A stretch of DNA of 64,000 nt from Clostridia bacterium (GTDB lineage: Bacteria; Bacillota; Clostridia; Oscillospirales; Acutalibacteraceae): positions 1,834 through 65,833 of the forward strand of contig JAFXJO010000096.1 of NCBI GenBank assembly GCA_017532185.1, written 5' to 3'. This document shows positions 27,405-37,203 of the stretch, piece by piece; position 1 is the stretch's first letter, and each line of letters starts with the position of its first letter. The translations under genes were made by a program, and so were the position numbers. The notes under the pieces were generated by a model. It was not told the DNA's origin. It ran no database searches and was given only the letters and a program-made list of their open reading frames with translations.

Positions 27405-27920
27405 TTAATAAAGATAGGGTTCAAGTTTGCGGCGGCTCTTTGCTTCGATTGAATCAAAATCCGTTATCCTGTAACGGTTGCCGTCGATATCCGTAACGTC
27501 AATCGCATTGCCGTGCTGGCGGATGCTTTTGGTGATATCCTTGACCGCAAACGATTTTTTTGTTTCGCCGATAATAACATCAAAATAAAAATGACCCATT
27601 TTCTCTTTGATGGATTCGATTTTGCCGATTACGGGGCAATAATAGCGCTGTGAAAGCTCGCTGTTGATGAGTTTCTGCTGCTCCTGCGAAAAATCGGCAA
27701 TCTTTTCAATTATGCCGAGCTCGTTTTTCTCGATATCCGAAATGCAGATATATTCATCGGGCAGAGTAAGCGGCAAAGAACGGGTCAGAATAACTCTTTT
27801 ATATTCTTTGCCGTCAATTTCAGCGGCAAGAAAACCGTTTGAATTGAGCGAAAAAACGCATTTTTCGGGCGAAACATATTCTGTTTTAAGGGTTTCGGGA
27901 GATATCGTGTTTGAACTCAT
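27405..27920 (-). CDS. DUF1854-like protein
   Basis: RSLPLTLPDEYICI..ELGIIE, ELSQRYYCPVI, DIDGNRYRI pattern; lies between two ABC genes. Confidence 0.75.
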   Translation of the reverse strand: MSSNTISPETLKTEYVSPEKCVFSLNSNGFLAAEIDGKEYKRVILTRSLPLTLPDEYICISDIEKNELGIIEKIADFSQEQQKLINSELSQRYYCPVIGKIESIKEKMGHFYFDVIIGETKKSFAVKDITKSIRQHGNAIDVTDIDGNRYRITDFDSIEAKSRRKLEPYLY

Positions 27921-27922
27921 AA

Positions 27923-30268
27923 TTATTCCTCCTCCTCTTCGGTTTCACCTGTGCCGATGCCGATTGTTTTGAGGGCTTCGGCCTGAATCTTATATTGCTT
28001 ATAGAATTCACCCTTCTGCTTGAGAAGCTCCTGATAAGTTCCGTATTCGATGATTTTGCCCTCATCGATAACCGCAAGATAATCCGAATCGCGCAGAGTT
28101 GAAAGTCTGTGAGCAATGGCAAGAGTTGTTCTGCCTGCCTTGAGCTTTGTGAGCGAATTCTGAATGTTACGCTCGGTTTCGGTATCCATTGCGGCGGTTG
28201 CTTCGTCAAGAATGAGGATTTTGGGGTTCTGGATTATTGTTCGGGCGATTGAAATTCTCTGCCTTTCGCCGCCCGAAAGCTTCTGTCCGCCTGCGCCGAC
28301 TCTTGTTTCGTAAGCATCGGGCAACTTCATAATAAAATCGTGAGCCGACGCCGCCTTTGCCGCGGCAATAACCTCGCTCATTGTTGCATCAGGCTTTGCG
28401 TAGCGGATATTATCGGCAATTGTGCCGATGAAAAGATAAATATCCTGCGAAACAAGACCGATATTACGTCGAAGCTCCGTGAGCTTAAGGTCGCGCACGT
28501 CAATGCCGTCGATTTTAACGTAACCTTCCTTCGCGTCATAAAGTCTGGCAATGAGGTTGGCGATTGTTGTTTTGCCTGCGCCCGTTTTGCCGACTATTCC
28601 GAGCATATCGCCTGCCTTAACGTTAAGGCTGAGCTTTCTGATAATGGGTCTTGCAGGCTCATATTCAAATTCGAGCTCGTGAATTTCTATATCACCGCGA
28701 AGGTTATCAAAGCTCACGGCGTTTTCTTTTTCAACAATATCAGGCTCAGCATCGCAGATTTCAAAAACTCTCTGTGCCGAGTCTGCGCATCTTGACCACC
28801 AGTTTGATACCCATGAAAGAAAATCAAACGGTCCGCGGAGCATTTCAAGATAAACAATATATGTGAGCAGAGTGCCTGCGGTCATTTCACCCTTTGCAAC
28901 AAGCACGCCGCCAACACCGAGCACAACGGTTGTAAGCAGAAGAATGAACACCTCAAGAATCGGGAAAACCGTTGCTTCCGAAACAGTAAGCTTCATTTCG
29001 GAATTCATAAGGTCCTCGCTCACCTTGTTGAAGCGGTCATATTCATCGTTTTCTTTTGCAAAAGCCTTGATGACGCGCTGACCGTTGATATTATCGCTGA
29101 CCATTGCCGATACTCTTGCACCGAAAAGCCAGTTTCTGTGGTGCAAACGTCTGAAAAACTTATCGCCAAGAATAAGCGACGTGAGAATAAGCGGCAGGGC
29201 AAGAATAACAATCAGCGAAAGCTTCCAGCTCATAACAAACATCAGAATCAGAACGCCGATGATGGTTGCTGTGTCAATGATAACGCTTGGCACACCGTCA
29301 ACAAAGAACCAATAAATATTGTTTGAATCGCTAACAACTCTTTCCATCAGCGAGCCTGTTTGCTTTGATGAATAGAAGCCTACCGAAAGGCGTTGCATCG
29401 CCTTGAAAATCTTGACTCTTATATCATAGATAACCTTGGGCATAATTCCGCCTGTAAGATACTGCTGAATCACGGTCAGCAGAGTGTTAAGCAGTTTGAC
29501 ACCGAAAACCGAGAGAACAAGCACGCCCAGAGCCTTGAGAAGCTCTGCGGCAGGCAGACCGTTCGGATTGGCAAGGATATCGTCAAACAGCGCACGTGTA
29601 CTCACCTGCGGAATAGATACCGTCACCGCGGAACCGAGAAGCATAATCGCGATGATGGAAACTATCTGCGGAATATAGCCGCCGAAAAACTTGAAAAGAC
29701 GAACCGCAACGGCTGAATTCTTGCCGCACTTTTTGCAGAAGTCCTTTCCGTCGGGACAAGGCTTACCGCATTTTTTGCATTTCTTCTCTTCGGGCTCCGC
29801 CGACGAAGGAATTTCCTCTTCGCCTTTTTCTTTGAAAGAATTGAACGCCTTGGTCAGATTATCAAACTGACCCAGCTTACCGACTGAAAAACGCACAACG
29901 CTTCTCTGTTCGCCGTTTTTGACCGCAACAAGTCTGCCCGTTGAAACGTAACGTTCCGTTTCGAGCGAATCAATGTCCTCAATGGGGGTTGCGATAATCT
30001 CTTCGACTGTAAATTCAGGCTCAACGCGCTTTTTGCGCTTTGATTTCACAAGCTCTTCCTTGCCGTAAGCAACGTAAAAGCCCTTTTCATCAAAGCTGAG
30101 CCACGCGCTGCGGTAGCAGGCATCGTTATCCATATCGCCCGTGCAGCAGAAAATCAGGTTTTTTGTGTCAAGACCCGCTTCCTCAAGCTTTTTGAGCAAA
30201 GGCTCGGGAAACTTATGCTTATTTTTCTTGCCGTGAAGCTCTTTGGATTTTTTCTCTTTCTTTCCCAT
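27923..30268 (-). CDS. Fused ABC exporter (TMD+NBD) with N-terminal extension and CxxC..CxxC motif
   Basis: GAGGTG RBS before MGKKEKK; CKKCGKPCPDGKDFCKKC; GKTGAGKT, LSGGERQR, ILILDE, AHRLST. Confidence 0.9.
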   Translation of the reverse strand: MGKKEKKSKELHGKKNKHKFPEPLLKKLEEAGLDTKNLIFCCTGDMDNDACYRSAWLSFDEKGFYVAYGKEELVKSKRKKRVEPEFTVEEIIATPIEDIDSLETERYVSTGRLVAVKNGEQRSVVRFSVGKLGQFDNLTKAFNSFKEKGEEEIPSSAEPEEKKCKKCGKPCPDGKDFCKKCGKNSAVAVRLFKFFGGYIPQIVSIIAIMLLGSAVTVSIPQVSTRALFDDILANPNGLPAAELLKALGVLVLSVFGVKLLNTLLTVIQQYLTGGIMPKVIYDIRVKIFKAMQRLSVGFYSSKQTGSLMERVVSDSNNIYWFFVDGVPSVIIDTATIIGVLILMFVMSWKLSLIVILALPLILTSLILGDKFFRRLHHRNWLFGARVSAMVSDNINGQRVIKAFAKENDEYDRFNKVSEDLMNSEMKLTVSEATVFPILEVFILLLTTVVLGVGGVLVAKGEMTAGTLLTYIVYLEMLRGPFDFLSWVSNWWSRCADSAQRVFEICDAEPDIVEKENAVSFDNLRGDIEIHELEFEYEPARPIIRKLSLNVKAGDMLGIVGKTGAGKTTIANLIARLYDAKEGYVKIDGIDVRDLKLTELRRNIGLVSQDIYLFIGTIADNIRYAKPDATMSEVIAAAKAASAHDFIMKLPDAYETRVGAGGQKLSGGERQRISIARTIIQNPKILILDEATAAMDTETERNIQNSLTKLKAGRTTLAIAHRLSTLRDSDYLAVIDEGKIIEYGTYQELLKQKGEFYKQYKIQAEALKTIGIGTGETEEEEE

Positions 30269-30314
30269 TTTTTCACCTCTTTCATGTGTGATAATATATA
30301 AAGTGACTGAGAGC

Positions 30315-30358
30315 AAAATAAAACAAAAACACCGCTTCCCGTCCTCGGGAAACGATGT
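30315..30358 (-). terminator. Attenuator terminator in the ABC operon leader
   Basis: Minus strand ACAUCGUUUCCCG-agga-CGGGAAGCGGUGU followed by UUUUGUUUUAUUUU; two G-U pairs form only on the minus strand. Confidence 0.8.
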
Positions 30359-30385
30359 GTGCATTCAAAAATATCCGCAAATATA

Positions 30386-30454
30386 TTAAACGGCAAGCGG
30401 ACGCAACACTTTGCCCGAAGAGCAAATTGAAAAGATGTTCATTCTGTTTGTCAT
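30386..30454 (-). CDS. Putative 22-aa leader peptide MTNRMNIFSICSSGKVLRPLAV
   Basis: AAAGGAGG RBS 8 nt before ATG; lies between the promoter and the leader terminator. Confidence 0.7.
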   Translation of the reverse strand: MTNRMNIFSICSSGKVLRPLAV

Positions 30455-30488
30455 TGAGTCCGCCTCCTTTCTTATTTTTCTGTTTTAG

Positions 30489-30517
30489 AGTATAATACCG
30501 CAAAATATGTTTGTCAA
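30489..30517 (-). promoter_or_regulatory. SigA promoter of the leader/ABC operon
   Basis: TTGACA-N17-TATACT. Confidence 0.75.
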
Positions 30518-30692
30518 GGTTTTTTCTTCCTTTTTGCAAAATTTTTTCGGCAAGTCTACCAAAAAATAACTGCTTTTTTAGGTTAAAATGTTGGCTTTAA
30601 AATCCATGTCAAAGATGATATAATAACTGTGCGTATCGCCCGGTTACGGGCACACCTGTTTTCGCAGGTAAACATTCAAAAGGAGATTTTTT

Positions 30693-32195
30693 ATGAAGAA
30701 CACCTTATTCTGCGAGAGAGAAAACGGTAAGCTTCACCGCCCGAGAACCATTCTCACCGGTTTCGGCTTTATGGCTTCATCAATCGCGTGGGCAATTTAT
30801 GACCCCTACATCACAAAAATTCTTGAAAGATTGCTTAATGCTTCTGCAACCGTTACCCAGTGGAGCGCAAAACTTAACGATATGTTCCCTGTTCTTGCAA
30901 AATTTGCCGAGTCACAGGGTGAAAACGTTACAACTGCCGCAGGCGGCATCACTCTTGTTCCGCTTTTTATCGGTATAATTATGACTTTCGATAACATCTT
31001 TGGTGTTATCTTCCAGCCCACCTTCGGCAAGCTTTCTGACCGTTGCCATTCCAAACTCGGCAAGCGCCGCCCCTTCATTGTTTTCGGCGCTCCTGTTTCG
31101 GCTTTGCTTTTTGCAATTATCCCATTTGTTGCTCTCAAAGGCTCTCTGCCGATTACAATGCTCTTCATCATTCTGTTCGTATTCTCGATGTCACTCTGGA
31201 GAGCTCCTGTTGTTGCTCTTATGCCTGCCCTGACTCCTCCTGCTCTCCGCAGCGAAGGCAACGCAATCATCAACCTTATGGGTGGTGTCGGCAGCGCAAT
31301 CGGTATGTTTGCAGGCACAATCGTTGTTGCAATTTATACCTTCTTTACCAAAACAGAAATCTCCGTTGAAAACGGAAACGAATATCTCACATTCCCCTAC
31401 GTTTTCCTTGTTGGTTCTGTTGTTATGGTTATCGGTATGCTTGTAATTCTTTTCTTTGTAAAAGAACCTTCAAGCAAGCTTGAAGCAATCGCAGAAAGCA
31501 ACAAAGCAGCCGATGAAGCCGCAAGAATCAAGGCGGAAAAAGAGGCAAAGAAAGCAGAAAAAGCCGCAAGAAAAGCTGAAAAGCTTTCAAAGGCAGAAAG
31601 AAAGAGCCTTATCTTTATGCTTGGCGGTCTCTTCTTCCTCTTCTGCGGCACAAACGCAATCACAACCTTCTTCTCACTTTTTGCTGCTGAAGTTCTCGGC
31701 AAAACAACATCTCAGGCAACTATTATGACAACTCTCTTTGCTGTTTGCTCTGCCGCGGCTGCAATTCCTGCAGGCTATCTCGGCAAGAAGCTCGGCAGAA
31801 AAAAGACTATCCTTATGGGTCTTGCAGTGTTTATGGCTGTATTTGCAATTTACGTTGTTGTTCAGAATATGGCTCTCATCTGGGTTGCTCTTGTTCTCGG
31901 CGGTTTTGCAAATATGCTTATCACCGTTAACACTCTTCCCCTTGTTCTCGATATCGGCGGCATCGAAAAGGTCGGTACGTTTACAGGATATTATTACACG
32001 GCAACCTTCTCCGCACAGATTGCTTCTCCCATCGTTTACGGCATTGTGCGTATGCTTTCGGGCACATATATGTCTTTGTTCGTTTACAGCCCCGTTATGT
32101 TTGCGCTCAGCCTTCTTCTCATTCTCTTCGTTAAGCACGGCGAAGCCGTTCCCGACAACGTTGTTAAGGCTGCAAAAGAAGCCAACGAAGATTAA
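30693..32195 (+). CDS. MFS transporter (GPH/SLC45-like sugar symporter)
   Basis: About 12 TMs, QPTFGKLSDR..SKLGKRRPF motif. Confidence 0.85.
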   Translation: MKNTLFCERENGKLHRPRTILTGFGFMASSIAWAIYDPYITKILERLLNASATVTQWSAKLNDMFPVLAKFAESQGENVTTAAGGITLVPLFIGIIMTFDNIFGVIFQPTFGKLSDRCHSKLGKRRPFIVFGAPVSALLFAIIPFVALKGSLPITMLFIILFVFSMSLWRAPVVALMPALTPPALRSEGNAIINLMGGVGSAIGMFAGTIVVAIYTFFTKTEISVENGNEYLTFPYVFLVGSVVMVIGMLVILFFVKEPSSKLEAIAESNKAADEAARIKAEKEAKKAEKAARKAEKLSKAERKSLIFMLGGLFFLFCGTNAITTFFSLFAAEVLGKTTSQATIMTTLFAVCSAAAAIPAGYLGKKLGRKKTILMGLAVFMAVFAIYVVVQNMALIWVALVLGGFANMLITVNTLPLVLDIGGIEKVGTFTGYYYTATFSAQIASPIVYGIVRMLSGTYMSLFVYSPVMFALSLLLILFVKHGEAVPDNVVKAAKEANED

Positions 32196-32279
32196 TCCGC
32201 TTTCTTCTGCCGGAAGATTATGCGGAGCCTCCGCAACTTCGCTTTGATTTCGGCAAACTCATACATCCTTCTATAAAAG

Positions 32280-32315
32280 CTAAAGGCATCGGGAAACCGG
32301 TGCCTTTGGCTTTTT
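32280..32315 (+). terminator. Intrinsic terminator
   Basis: CTAAAGGCATCGG-gaaa-CCGGTGCCTTTGG followed by Ts. Confidence 0.75.
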
Positions 32316-32451
32316 CGTTTTTCAATTCTTAAATTATTATGAATGTTTTCAAAAACTATTTATTTCTTTTGCCGCGCCTGTTATAATAAAACAAAATATA
32401 AAACTGTTTCCGTATTCTCCGAAAAAACCTTGAAAATAAAGGTGGGATTTT

Positions 32452-33183
32452 ATGTATAACATTCTGATTTGCGACGATGAGGCCGATATCCGTTCTGCGC
32501 TCAAAATTTATCTCAAAGGCGAAGGCTATGAGCTTTTTGATGCCGAAAACGGCAAGCAGGCTCTTGAAGTGATTGAAAAAAACGAAATTCATCTGCTCAT
32601 AATGGATATTATGATGCCCGTTATGGACGGTCTTGATGCTCTTTCAAAGCTCAGGGAGTTTTCCAACATTCCCGTTATTCTTCTCACTGCAAAAACACAG
32701 GATATGGATAAAATTATAGGTCTTAACGCAGGCGCCGATGACTACATAACAAAACCGTTCAACCCGATTGAAGTCACCGCAAGAGTTAAATCTCAGCTCC
32801 GCAGATACACCCGTCTCGGCGGTCAGTCCTCTGCAGGTGCACCTGAAACCGTTCTTTATAACGGCGGTATAGAGCTTGATATCAAATCCAAAAACGTTAT
32901 CATTGACGGTGAGCCCGTGAATCTGACTCCCACGGAATTTCTTCTTTTGAAATTCTTTATGGAAAACCCGGGCAGAGTTTTTTCTCCCAAAGATATTTAC
33001 CGCAGCGTTTGGAAGGATGATCCTCTCGGCGCAGAAAACACCGTTACTGTTCACATCCGCCATCTCAGAGAAAAGATTGAAATTAATCCCGCGAGCCCCG
33101 ACTATCTGAAAGTTGTGTGGGGTCACGGCTATAAAATGGAGAAAAAACCCGTACCCGGATGCACCGCGGAGCAAAAGGACTGA
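32452..33183 (+). CDS. OmpR-family response regulator
   Basis: DDE, DIMMP, ADDYITKPF, TVHIRHLREKIE, VWGHGY. Confidence 0.93.
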   Translation: MYNILICDDEADIRSALKIYLKGEGYELFDAENGKQALEVIEKNEIHLLIMDIMMPVMDGLDALSKLREFSNIPVILLTAKTQDMDKIIGLNAGADDYITKPFNPIEVTARVKSQLRRYTRLGGQSSAGAPETVLYNGGIELDIKSKNVIIDGEPVNLTPTEFLLLKFFMENPGRVFSPKDIYRSVWKDDPLGAENTVTVHIRHLREKIEINPASPDYLKVVWGHGYKMEKKPVPGCTAEQKD

Positions 33184-33204
33184 GTTTAACAAGGGGGAGA
33201 TTTT

Positions 33205-35223
33205 TTGGGCAGCAATATGCGCTCCGAAACTGACCGCACGTCGGCAATAATCGTTCTTATCTGCATGGCGTTTGTTGCGGTTGGCTGTGTTTTGGGTATT
33301 TCATACCTTGTGGAATATAACTTCTATGAAAAAGGCGATGACGGCAAAACAGCCAAAACAATCGCTTTCCAGATTCATTCGCTCGATGACCTTGAACAGG
33401 CGCAGGATTATTACAGTTGCGTTTACGAAGGCAGAGACACCTACAGAATCAATTATTATAAAGACAGATTTTCACAGGAAAGAACAAATTTTATATTTTA
33501 CGTTACCGATAACAGCGGTGAAATTTATTATACAAACGCCGAAGACGGAATCGTCGGTGTAAAGGACGAATTTGAGAAGTCCGAATATAACGGAAGCTCA
33601 AGCTATTTTATCTATGACGAAAAAGGCGAAACAATTCCGCTGAGAATAAACTATTATCTGCCTGAAATAGACGGCTCTTCGGTCAAGGATAAATACGCAA
33701 GTGCTTTCCAATGGATTGAAATTGCGGATACTCTCAAATACGTTCTGTTTTTTGCGCTGGGCGTTGCGGCAATCGTGATTATCATTATGCTTTCGCTGAT
33801 AACGATTAACGCCGGTCTCAAAGAAAATGAATCCGGTGAAGTTGAGCCCGGATTTATCGACCATATTCCGTTTGACGTGTGTCTGCTGTTTGTGCTGATT
33901 ATTCTGGCTGTTTCCTGGGTGGTAATGGGTCTCACAACCGCGGCAGACGTTGGTATGGTTCTCAACAACGTTGTTATAATGATAACCTTTGTTGCGGTTG
34001 TTCTTGTTCTTATGACCTTCCTGACAACTCTCTCCGTAAGAGTTAAAATGGGCAAGCTTTACAAGAATACCATCGTTTACAGAATTATCAGAAAGTTCAA
34101 AAGAAAAACTCCCAGAAAGTTAAGACGCCGTTTGTTCAAAGAACTCAGTCTTTTCAAAAAAATATGTATCGGCATCTCGCTCTATATTATCGCCGAAGCG
34201 GTAATCCTGCTTTCAGCCGCATATCTGGGCATAATAAGCAAAACCTTTGAGCCGATGAGCGTTCTTGGTATGTTTGTTGTTATCTGGGCGCTTTCAAGAC
34301 TCGTTATGATTCCCATTATCACGATGATTGCAATTAACCTCAACTATATCCGCGAAGAAGGCCAGCGCCTTGCAGAAGGCGTTCTCGGCGACGAAATAGC
34401 AACAAAGCTCACCATCGCCAGCTTCAGAGCTCACGGCAAAAACCTTGACCAGATTAAAAAAGAAATCAACAAAGCAATGGAGCAGGAAATCAAAAGCGAA
34501 AGACTCAAGAGCGAGCTTATCACAAACGTTTCGCACGATATCAAAACTCCCCTCACATCAATCGTAAGTTACGTTGACCTGCTCAAGAGAGACGATATCA
34601 CGGGAGAAGAAAGAGCAAAATATCTTGATATTCTTTCTCATCATACCGAAAACCTCAACCTTTTGCTCGACGACCTGATTGAAGCTTCGCAAATAAGCTC
34701 AGGCAACATTGATATAGAGCTTTCAAAAATCAGTCTTAACATCATCATCAGCCAAACAGTTGAAGAGTTTGCCGATAAGCTTGATAAAAGCTGTTTGCTG
34801 CCCAGAATTTCCGTTCCCGAAAACGACGTTTACATTATGGGCGACGGCAGATGGCTCTGGCGCATTCTTGCCAACCTTTTAAATAACGCCTGCAAATATG
34901 CGGCTCCCGATACTGACGTTGAAATCAGCCTCATCGCTCTTGACGGTAAGGCAAGGCTCAGCATCGCCAACACCGCTAAAACCGAGCTTAACATTGATGC
35001 AAACGAGCTGACCGAACGCTTTGTAAGAGGCGACAGATCGCGCCATACAGAGGGCAGCGGTCTCGGTCTTTCAATCTCAAAAACCCTTGCCTGTATGCAG
35101 GACGGAGACCTTGAAATTGAAACTGACCATAACCGCTTCACCGCAACGCTTGTGTTTGACGTTGCGCAGGAAAAAACTGAAGGAAAAAAGAAGAAAAAGC
35201 ACAACCCGGAGGAAACCAAGTGA
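33205..35223 (+). CDS. Multi-TM sensor histidine kinase
   Basis: ELITNVSHDIKTPLT, NNACKY, RFVRGD, GSGLGL; multiple TMs; exact start uncertain. Confidence 0.9.
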   Translation: MGSNMRSETDRTSAIIVLICMAFVAVGCVLGISYLVEYNFYEKGDDGKTAKTIAFQIHSLDDLEQAQDYYSCVYEGRDTYRINYYKDRFSQERTNFIFYVTDNSGEIYYTNAEDGIVGVKDEFEKSEYNGSSSYFIYDEKGETIPLRINYYLPEIDGSSVKDKYASAFQWIEIADTLKYVLFFALGVAAIVIIIMLSLITINAGLKENESGEVEPGFIDHIPFDVCLLFVLIILAVSWVVMGLTTAADVGMVLNNVVIMITFVAVVLVLMTFLTTLSVRVKMGKLYKNTIVYRIIRKFKRKTPRKLRRRLFKELSLFKKICIGISLYIIAEAVILLSAAYLGIISKTFEPMSVLGMFVVIWALSRLVMIPIITMIAINLNYIREEGQRLAEGVLGDEIATKLTIASFRAHGKNLDQIKKEINKAMEQEIKSERLKSELITNVSHDIKTPLTSIVSYVDLLKRDDITGEERAKYLDILSHHTENLNLLLDDLIEASQISSGNIDIELSKISLNIIISQTVEEFADKLDKSCLLPRISVPENDVYIMGDGRWLWRILANLLNNACKYAAPDTDVEISLIALDGKARLSIANTAKTELNIDANELTERFVRGDRSRHTEGSGLGLSISKTLACMQDGDLEIETDHNRFTATLVFDVAQEKTEGKKKKKHNPEETK

Positions 35224-36107
35224 AATTCAAAATAATTGCCGCCGCCGCTGTAGTTCTTACGGTGTCCTGTCTTGCGGCATGCTCCGAAAAAGAAATCGGG
35301 CAAGAAGCGGCAACCACCGCGGAATCGGTCACCCAAACCGCCGCAACCGAAAAGCTTACGCAAGAAGCAACTTTCGTAACAACGCAGACCACCCTGCCCG
35401 TTACCGAAACAACAACTCAAGCCACAACCGCAGTGCCAACAACAATCTCCGTTACAAGGGTACCGCAAACAACAAAAGCGCCCGGACCTGTAACAACCGT
35501 TGCAGGCCGTGTATACAAAGATAACACCGTTGAAAAAGTTCCGCTTAAATACGGAGTTATCGAACATAAGTATAAAACCGTTTATTTCCAGATAACAGGC
35601 GGAGAACGGGTTGAGGCAGGCTATGAATATACGGGCGGTCACATAAACAGACGCAGCTTCAGCGCAACTTATGATGAACTTCTGCCTGCCGCAAGGCAAA
35701 ACAGAGATATTTACAGGGATTATATAAACGAAAACCTTAAAATCATCAACGGCTACAGAGCTGAAAAAGGTATCGCTCCGCTTAAGCTTGATGAAGGTCT
35801 CACCCTTATGGCTTGCGCAAGAGCAGAAGAAATCGCCTGGTCCGGCGTGCATTCTCACAGAAGACCCGACGGCTCCTCCTGCTTCACCATTTTCAAAGAT
35901 GCAGGCTATGAAGAAGGCACTGCAGGCGAAAATCTGGGCTATGTTTTTGACAGTCCCGAGGACGTTTGCGAAGCCTGGAAGAACTCCAGAACACACTATA
36001 ACAATCTGATGAACCCCGATTTTGTTAAAATCGGCATCGGCGTTGCCGCCGACCCCGACGAAAACGGAAAGCTCTGCTGGGCTAACCACTTTTTAACCGA
36101 AACTTAA
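35220..36107 (+). CDS. CAP (SCP)-domain lipoprotein with Thr-rich linker
   Basis: LAAC lipobox; INGYRAEKG, SHRRPDG, GENL, WKNSRTHYNNL. Confidence 0.85.
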   Translation: MKFKIIAAAAVVLTVSCLAACSEKEIGQEAATTAESVTQTAATEKLTQEATFVTTQTTLPVTETTTQATTAVPTTISVTRVPQTTKAPGPVTTVAGRVYKDNTVEKVPLKYGVIEHKYKTVYFQITGGERVEAGYEYTGGHINRRSFSATYDELLPAARQNRDIYRDYINENLKIINGYRAEKGIAPLKLDEGLTLMACARAEEIAWSGVHSHRRPDGSSCFTIFKDAGYEEGTAGENLGYVFDSPEDVCEAWKNSRTHYNNLMNPDFVKIGIGVAADPDENGKLCWANHFLTET

Positions 36108-36125
36108 AGCAAAGGTCTGTTACTG

Positions 36126-37154
36126 ATGAAAAAAGCAATATCAATCCTGCTTCTGTTTGCCGTTGCGGCAACTTTTGTCTCTTGCGGCAGCAAAGAAGCA
36201 GCGGAAACTACGGCAACCTCAATTGTTCTGCATGCCGAAAGAGAAACCGTTACCGCCGAGCAAAAGCCTAACGAAAGCGGAATTGCCGCAAGCGGAAATG
36301 TTGAATCGGCAAGCTGGATTCTTTATAATGATGGCGCACTTGAAATAACAGGCACAGGCACCTGGAATTCAAATCCCGAACTGCTTGCAAATGCCGAAAA
36401 AATAACAAAGGTAATTTTCTCCGAGGGCATCAGCACAATCGGTCAGGCGGCATTCGCAGGTTGCGAAAACCTGAAAGAAATCATTCTTCCGGAAAGCCTT
36501 CTGATTATTGAAGCTCAGGCGTTTTCGGGCTGCGGAATAAAAGCTCTCAACATCGGCAGAAACGTTGCGTTCATTGCGGCAGATGCCTTTGACGGCTGCG
36601 AAATCACAGATATAAAAATCAGCCAGGATAACGCCTATTATTCAACTGACCGCTACGGCGTTATCTTTAACAAAGCCAAAACCGAACTGATTATGTTCTC
36701 CGACGGATTCAAAATGAATTCCTATACCGTACCGAATACGGTTGAAAAAATCGGCGAATATGCGTTTCTCGGCAACGAAAGACTCGTTGCCGTTGACCTG
36801 CCTGAATCTCTCAAAGAAATCAGCGCAAGAGCCTTTGCGGACTGCAACAACTTGAAAAATATCAATATCCCGTCTCAGCTCACCTTAATCGGTGCCTCGG
36901 CATTTGAAAGCTGCAGTTCAATCAGTGAAATCGAATTTTCCGAAAGCGTTCAGATTATTGGCGATAACGCCTTTGCAGGCTGTACGGATCTTTTTGAAAT
37001 TACCGTTCCCAAATCCGTCACCACCATCGGAAACGGTGCATTCGCTGATACGGTTGAAAAGGTTTATTATGACGGAAGCGAAAATGCCTGGAAAGCCGTC
37101 TGGGTTGGCGAAAACGCTTTTGTTAATGCAAGCATAATATTCAATGAAAAATAA
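36126..37154 (+). CDS. BspA-type leucine-rich repeat lipoprotein
   Basis: FVSC lipobox; repeats of IGxxAFxxCxxL. Confidence 0.85.
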   Translation: MKKAISILLLFAVAATFVSCGSKEAAETTATSIVLHAERETVTAEQKPNESGIAASGNVESASWILYNDGALEITGTGTWNSNPELLANAEKITKVIFSEGISTIGQAAFAGCENLKEIILPESLLIIEAQAFSGCGIKALNIGRNVAFIAADAFDGCEITDIKISQDNAYYSTDRYGVIFNKAKTELIMFSDGFKMNSYTVPNTVEKIGEYAFLGNERLVAVDLPESLKEISARAFADCNNLKNINIPSQLTLIGASAFESCSSISEIEFSESVQIIGDNAFAGCTDLFEITVPKSVTTIGNGAFADTVEKVYYDGSENAWKAVWVGENAFVNASIIFNEK

Positions 37155-37157
37155 AAG

Positions 37158-37188
37158 AAGGACATCGGTTAAAAAACCGATGTCCTTT
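37158..37188. terminator. Bidirectional terminator
   Basis: AAGGACATCGGTT-aaaa-AACCGATGTCCTT. Confidence 0.8.
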
Positions 37189-37203
37189 GGTTTTATGCGG
37201 TGT

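Noticed and set aside
25219-30268. Calling the operon a cyanophycin transporter
   Set aside because: No cyanophycin synthetase or cyanophycinase in the window; the association is only by remembered family context.
34830-36089. 419-aa minus-strand ORF
   Set aside because: Antisense shadow of the HK and CAP genes; no RBS or recognisable motifs.
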